64,000 nt of DNA from Paraspadella gotoi (taxonomy: Eukaryota; Animalia; Chaetognatha). The notes beneath the pieces are model-generated. The model saw only the letters and a program-made list of their open reading frames with translations, was not told the DNA's origin and did no database searches. Numbering within the stretch: position 1 is the first letter of the stretch; every line of letters starts with the position of its first letter. Shown piece after piece: positions 1 through 64,000 of the stretch. The DNA lies in contig CM119265.1 in the NCBI GenBank assembly GCA_051294375.1, positions 18,710,631 to 18,774,630 on the forward strand, read 5' to 3'. Made by a program: the position numbers and the translations under genes.

Positions 1-61
1 ACCAATTAAGCTATGCTGAGCCTGAGATTATTGTTTGATTAACATGGCGCATCGATTTCAG

Positions 62-41312
<41,251 letters not shown>

Positions 41313-41325
41313 CGACCGAGTTAAG

Positions 41326-41423
41326 GTGAGGCAGTTAGAATAATTAGAATGAGTGATCTAGATTAGCTATATGTTAACTGTAAAAAGTGCATTATTCTGA
41401 TCATTTTGTTCCCTCGGTTTTAG
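41326..41423 (+). other. Probable 3' UTR intron of the obscurin-like gene
   Basis: Donor AAG|gtgagg 13 nt after the stop codon; acceptor ggttttag at 41423. Confidence 0.6.
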
Positions 41424-43498
41424 AATCGCGTGTTTGGAGATGATCTCAAAATTCAGCGCCGAGAAAGGCTGCCGAAACGAGGACTCAACGAAACCGTTTT
41501 ACGGATTCCTTCGCGGTCCACGTTTGCCTCTGACGAAGGTGAAGGGAATGAAAGGACTCGGTCCACGAAGCAGGAAATCGGATCCATAGATCAACGGAAC
41601 TCATTTTTTTGTAACGCAACGAATTGTGTCACTATTATTTACTATCTCATTGTTACGCTGTAACCATTTTTAGATTGCGTTCGAACGATTTTTTTATATA
41701 AAAAATCGTCTTGCATTTAATTTTTTTTTTTTTTTTGAACGTGTTTTTTTTTGTTGCAAGCTATTAAGTCGATGGCAGCAAGCTGCGTTGTTTTTCATGC
41801 TTGGTCCTCGAAATTCGTCTTTTCACTTTTTTTTGTTTTCCTCTTTTTAATTTCGAGAATCGGGCATTTGGAAAATAACCCAAATTGTGCAATTTGATGT
41901 ACATTGTTAGCTAATTGAATGCGTTTTGAATTAAAGATTATAATCTCCACTTGGCTTCGTTGTTTATTAAGGTTGCTCTCAAAAGTTATCCGGAGACATT
42001 TTAACTGTACCTGTGCTGAAAATTTCGTGACTCGTACTTCCTATTTAATCAAACGATTTCTAATAACAAAAAAGGATGAAAGCGGAAGTGCCGTTGCTTG
42101 TATATGATAAATAGGTGATTACATAGTATATGACGCGGAATATGCTAATTAATGTACAACTAGAAAATGACTAAACCGCAGGATCGGACTAAAAGCGGGT
42201 TGACAAATGAACATCATTTAAATTGATTATCAAGCAATTTTTTTGGAAACAATTTTTTTTTCCTAAACCCATTTAATTTTTTTTATTTTAGGGGGCTCAA
42301 AAAGTAAAAAAAAAAATATTTTTTTTCAAAACTATCACCCTGCAGACAAAACGATCACAATTCGTTGATACAGAGTAATAATTATCAAGGCTTCGTTCAT
42401 ATTTAATTAGCGGGTAAATTTAACTCGACCGATAAAAAAATTCAATTTTGTTTGAACAAGAACGGTAATTCAAATGCGTTGCGCTACAGTGACTGCCTTA
42501 TCACGTGTATTTCTCGTGACATGACATGACGTGACCTGACATAATATGACGCGATATAACATGACTACCATAACTTTCTTAGCCCGTAAATTTATGACAT
42601 GCACTGCATCAAAATCCCGTCTTTTATTTCTTTTTAGTTTTAGGATTTCCTGAAGTCGGCTCTCGCAGTCCCTTAGATTTGAGGTTTTTTCTGTCTGACC
42701 GACTACAGTGACTTATACAGTTTCTCTGCGAGTACTCGCGGCGCAACTAAAAATGCGATGAAAGAAATCAATAACAGAAGAAAAAAAATTACGTCCAACT
42801 GTCTCATTAAGAGACGTACCATTAAAACCACTTTGTACGAGCAAAGCGAAAGGTAGAAATCGTTAAATTGGCATCGAGTTTCCAGTCGTTGCCAGGGATA
42901 ACGAGCCAAGAGGAATTTAAGCCCAAAGAATACAAATGAATGATAAAAATATTAAACTAAAATGAATAAGTACTTTTGTTCTCCCAAACCATTTTCGTTC
43001 ACTTTTCCTGGTGAACGATACCAAAAATATTGACGGTATTAAAAAAGTATAAAAACAAAATAAAACTACTACGTTGTATCATCTTGTCAGCGATCGGTAT
43101 CACGCACATAAACAATCACGCTCACAAATAATTGACACATAGAAAACCAGTTGGGCGGTAAAACTTTTAAAATTCATGCTGACGTTCGTTACCTTTTTCA
43201 CAGTAAAGTTATTTTTAACTCATGGGGATTCATATCGTTTTAAATCTTCAAAAACCTTTCCTCTTTATCATTCTTCGTTCAAAAAAAAAAAAAATGGTAA
43301 AGAAGTATAAAAAAAAGAACATCGTGAGATTAAATCACGAATGAACAAACAATATGCGACGAAGGCTTCTTCACAGACGTTTAACGAAGAGGGAGAGAAA
43401 AGAAATGATTTGTTCATAAAATTCCAGACAAACGGAAGGTAGGATTTGTATTTTAAATTTCGGGAGCAGTTTTTTTTTCAATATTCTGTTCGTAGTTT

Positions 43499-45750
43499 TC
43501 ATGAATTTTCGTCCCCGCCGCTGGCGACATCTTCCGTCACCTCCTGAAAATAATAAATGGACAGATTAGTGTCGGAACAAATCTATTTCTTCTATGCGGT
43601 GATTTCTTGAATTTGCAATATTTATAATTTCAAATTGATTTGTCGAGATTGTTTTACATTACATTAGTAGCTACTATGTTGATTTAAGAAATAACCGCTA
43701 AATATGGGTTTCCATGGAAATGGCTGGATATGCGTTCTTTGGAAATATTTGAGTATTATAGATTTTAAATCAACTGTTTTGACAACGGTTGATAGTAAAT
43801 TGACCTAGATCTTCAAATTTATTCTTTCAAATGCGCATATTGAGCCAGCTCTTTGAATCTCATCTTTTTGTAGATATTTTTTCATGTAGGTTTTGTGATG
43901 GGACACTGCACTTAAGAATTGGAAATTATAATGATTGGATCCCATGAAAATTATTTGAAAATAAGGACAAAAAAATATCAAGCATAAAAAGAAGAAGACG
44001 CATATCTTAGAGAAACACCGATGGAAAAGATGGAAATGAAATGATGAGAAAAATTATTTGTCGGAAAACAAAACGAAGAAAAAAAAATATCACCAGAATG
44101 CCACTGTAAAACATATAATTTAATTTTATTACAATAGGACATCATTAACTCGGCACGTATACACAAGACTAGGTAAGGGGCGCAGACCAAGTGCTCTCGC
44201 TGTTACAATTTGACATCACTTTTAACAATAACGACGTCGGGATTACAGTAAATTTGTTTGTCAAAATCAATTCTCGATCACGAATATAAACGGGTGACAA
44301 TCTTTCCGCTCGAATTCGAAAAGGAAACATGACTTTTTTCCAAGTGCTTTTGAAAACCTGTATATACGTTATACTATCAGAAAAATCCTTGACGAGAACA
44401 ATGCCAGTATATATAATGGATGTTCAATTCAAAATCTTGCGGGTTAAACGTGCATAATTGGCAAAAAAAGGCGAGAGTGATGTCTCTTTTGAGCACAGTT
44501 TCCACGAAAGAATGCAATAAATAAACGAAAAAAAATAGCGACGACGTTTGGCGACAGTTGCTTCATAAAAGTTTGTTTGTGTTTCGATTAGCAATTCTTA
44601 AAAAGCCATTGCGTGATAAACAAGTTGAGACAATTTCCATATTTGGACTTGAAAGGCAACGAGGTATTCAGAACGACGGGATATAAAGCACGGGGGATTT
44701 AAAAAGAAAATCATTTACAGATTTAGATGATTTCACTTTCTTAATTCTCGAATATACAACACGAGTAAGAAAAAAAGGTTTCACTATCACAGGTGACTTT
44801 CGGTATATTCTTGCCGCTTTTTATTGAGAGATAAAGATAGATAGTCGAAGAATCGTGCAATATTGATATCATAAACGTTTAATCTTGAACTAAATGAAGA
44901 TGACGACCACGGCGAGGGCAGAAAACAACACAGAAAAATACAATAAAGCATTGAGCGAATTTTTTTTTTTTTTTGCTTATTTTTCCGAAACCTCGATACG
45001 ATTCCCACGAATTACGTACAATTGTCGGAGCGTCGTGATTTATCTTAATTTCTGGCGCCGGCGGTAGAGGGGACGCGGGAGCCGGTGGAGGCGTGTCGGG
45101 CGGAGAGACCCGTTGCGCCGTCGCGCCCTCTAGGGGCCCCAGCGGTTCCAACGACGGTGTCGGACTTTTGTTTCGACGAAATATTTTGTCGCTCAGATTG
45201 TCGGCCAGGAGTCTGAAGGAATGCGCCCTTCGGGGAGGGTCCGGCTGACGGTCCGGAGAGAAAAGGAGCAACGGGGTCCAAAAAGTTGGTCAGGCTGGAT
45301 GCCTTGAATTAAGCTTGGCGCCATCTCGAAGATTTCGATCGGCGATATCAATTGATCTTTGCCTCTCGGAAATCAAATATTGACAATGTCAAAAGATCTC
45401 TTTTCTTAAACCTCCCTAAGCTGAATATCTTGCAATATTTCAAGATTTTAGACTCAGATTAGGAAAACAACAACCTAATTTTCTCGAATTCCAACGAGAC
45501 TAGAGCTTTTCTCATTTCTCACAGATATGAAACCGTGATGTCAAAAAATGAGCGCACCTTCAGCCGCTCCGGCAGGTCAAGACTGTTGACTTTGCTTTTG
45601 CCGAGCCCCTCGCGGAGCTCGAATTCTTCCGGCGCCTTGCACGACTCCGACGTGTGCCGACGCTGCCTCTGCTCCGGCGGCGGTGGAGCCAGGCTCATCT
45701 TCGGAAGCGAGATCTTCCTAGTCGTTTTTTCCGGTTTCGGCGGCTTCTCG
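43499..45750 (-). CDS. Putative alternative C-terminal extension exons of the neurocalcin-like gene
   Basis: Exons 45750-45558, 45244-45020, 43543-43499 (TGA) are GC-rich islands with AG/GT borders whose phases (2-0, 0-0, 0-stop) chain onto donor GC|gtaagt at 47078. Confidence 0.62.
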
Positions 45751-46228
45751 CTTTTTGTTTATTTTTAGTGGCGATGGCAGCGACGCGCGACGGAAATCGA
45801 ACGAACCAGCAACAATGAAGAAAAAATGAAAAAAAAAATAAGAAAACAAAAGGGGTGATTCGGTGTTGGGGTGCGTGAAAAGGAACGAAATCAAAGAGAG
45901 AGAGGGAAAGAGAGTTAGAGAGGAAAACTACGTTGACGTTATTGGTGATAGGGTGCGAAAAAGTACTTCTCTTCTATAGGAAAAAGAACAGGGATGGGGT
46001 AGAAAAGGGAGAAAAAGAGAGAAAAGACAGTTTCCTAAAAAAAAATTGATTTACGAACAATTTTAAACCAATTTGTTAAGATTAAAAAAAATATTTCCCC
46101 GAAAAATATATATCTATACGGTTTGAATCTTACCGGTGATTTCAGTTTGGTTGCATTACTACAGTATGATCAATTTAGAAAGATTTTACGGGTGACGAAC
46201 TAAAGGAATGTAATCGAAGTATACTTAC

Positions 46229-46313
46229 GCTCGAAATATAAGCTTAATTTTTTTTTTAAAATTAAGACTCAGCGGTCGCCTCTGCGTTTGACTCTCCCTC
46301 CGCCTCCTCCTCG
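46229..46313 (-). CDS. Putative stop-containing alternative exon of the neurocalcin-like gene (EEEAEGESNAEATAES*)
   Basis: Acceptor tgtgtcgcag, phase 2 compatible with the 47078 donor, TAA at 46264-46262, donor gtaagt at 46228. Confidence 0.5.
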
Positions 46314-47074
46314 CTGCGACACAAATGTTTAATATTATTTAATATTTAATTGGTTACATATTTAAGCAATATGCACTACCTAACATCCAGTCAAATGCGG
46401 ATAAATTCGTTAGTAGCGAACTTGACATTTTATTCGTTTAATCGATAATTTTAAAATAAAAGATTCCAGTCGAGACGTACAGTAAGCTTTGCTTCCAACG
46501 AGAAGGGGAGTTTTTAAAACCCATTTAAAAACCTTTCGTTTTAACCGCAAATCTTATAAAAATCGCAGTGAGTTTACCTACAGCCCTTTTATTCATCTCG
46601 ACGGAGGCGGTAATAACTGTAACGATGACCGGAATATAAAACAAAAGGCAACTAAGAAAGGTTGAAGCAGTAACTGCGATCGCGCGAAGATTCCGGTTCC
46701 ATTCCGGAAAAAAAAAAAGAATTAGTCGCTTCGGTATGAACTGTTAGTATCGAGAAAGGGAAGGAATCGCGTGATCGGTGAAAAGGAGATTGTGATCGTG
46801 ATGATCGAGAAGTGATAACGGTGATTGTGAGAGAAGAAGGGACGTGCGATGAATCGCTCGGTGATTGGAGGCTGAAACGGTGATAATCAGCGAGAGAGTG
46901 GCTGGCGGGGCCTCGCAAGTTGGGCGTGGTAGTGAACGCAAATTTGGTTCGTAATGTGATGCGTGTGTCGAGTCGTGCGGGAGATGAGCCGAAAGATACG
47001 TTCGTGTCTGCGATGGAGGGTGCGGTGCTGTGTCGAGGATTTGCTGCGTGATCGACGGGATGATCCTGCTCTAC

Positions 47075-63519
<16,445 letters not shown>

Positions 63520-64000
63520 CTGGAGCCGCGGTTGGGGGGGGGTCGTTGGGAAATGGTGAGGGGGTTAGGGGGTTAAGAGGGTAGGAAGGGGAAAAAACGT
63601 CGTTGCCACATTGTCATTGGCAGCATGATCGATATTTTTATGAAGTGACATGACATTGACGACAGTCTCTTTAGATAAAACGCGATTTGGAATTTGGGGA
63701 GGGGCTTATGAATAACCTTAATCAGTTCACGAAAGACTGTGTGACAAATGTCTTTCGTGGATGTTTGTGGATGAGAATTTTAGAAAAGCCTTGCGGATCG
63801 AATTAAATCGAGAAATGGTTTGGAAGATTAAAAAATAAATGGAGAGAATAGATAATGGATATGATAATAAAGAAAACAAGACAACGAGAATGAAAAGAAT
63901 TACAAAAGAGAAAATAGAAATGGTAAATAATAAATGAATAAAAATTAAAAACGGAATGAAGTTTGGACTATCAAATTAAATTGTGCTGATAGAGAAAAAA

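Noticed and set aside
46652-47074. 141 codons stay open in frame after the neurocalcin TAA, suggesting stop-codon readthrough
   Set aside because: TAA-G is a poor readthrough context, the peptide is nondescript, and the perfect donor overlapping the stop explains the locus better. Ribosome profiling would settle it.

Overview
Intron-rich eukaryotic (invertebrate animal) genomic DNA; no prokaryotic features. Exon models were built by hand from splice signals and codon phase. The + strand (62..41312) carries the 3' 66 coding exons of a giant obscurin/UNC-89-like muscle gene: about 21 Ig domains, 2 Fn3 domains, two kinase domains (the second a clear pseudokinase) and a ~2,300-codon AT-rich E/K-rich insertion. 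A neurocalcin/hippocalcin-like calcium sensor gene runs convergently on the - strand (63519 to ~43499, 5' part outside the window). Three apparently complete genes sit inside introns: an antisense Rap1-like GTPase within the catalytic loop of kinase 1, an intronless same-strand 460-aa ORF with a predicted tail anchor in the inter-kinase region, and a same-strand four-WAP-domain gene in the 14.7-kb neurocalcin intron. Most notable: the neurocalcin stop codon overlaps a perfect splice donor, and downstream in-phase exons would add a 153-aa Pro/Ser-rich tail with calcineurin-docking-like PxIxIT motifs. Splice signals are relaxed (many AAG acceptors, degenerate donors, one likely GC donor). Microsatellites, two MITE-like elements and a dispersed repeat pair are also present.
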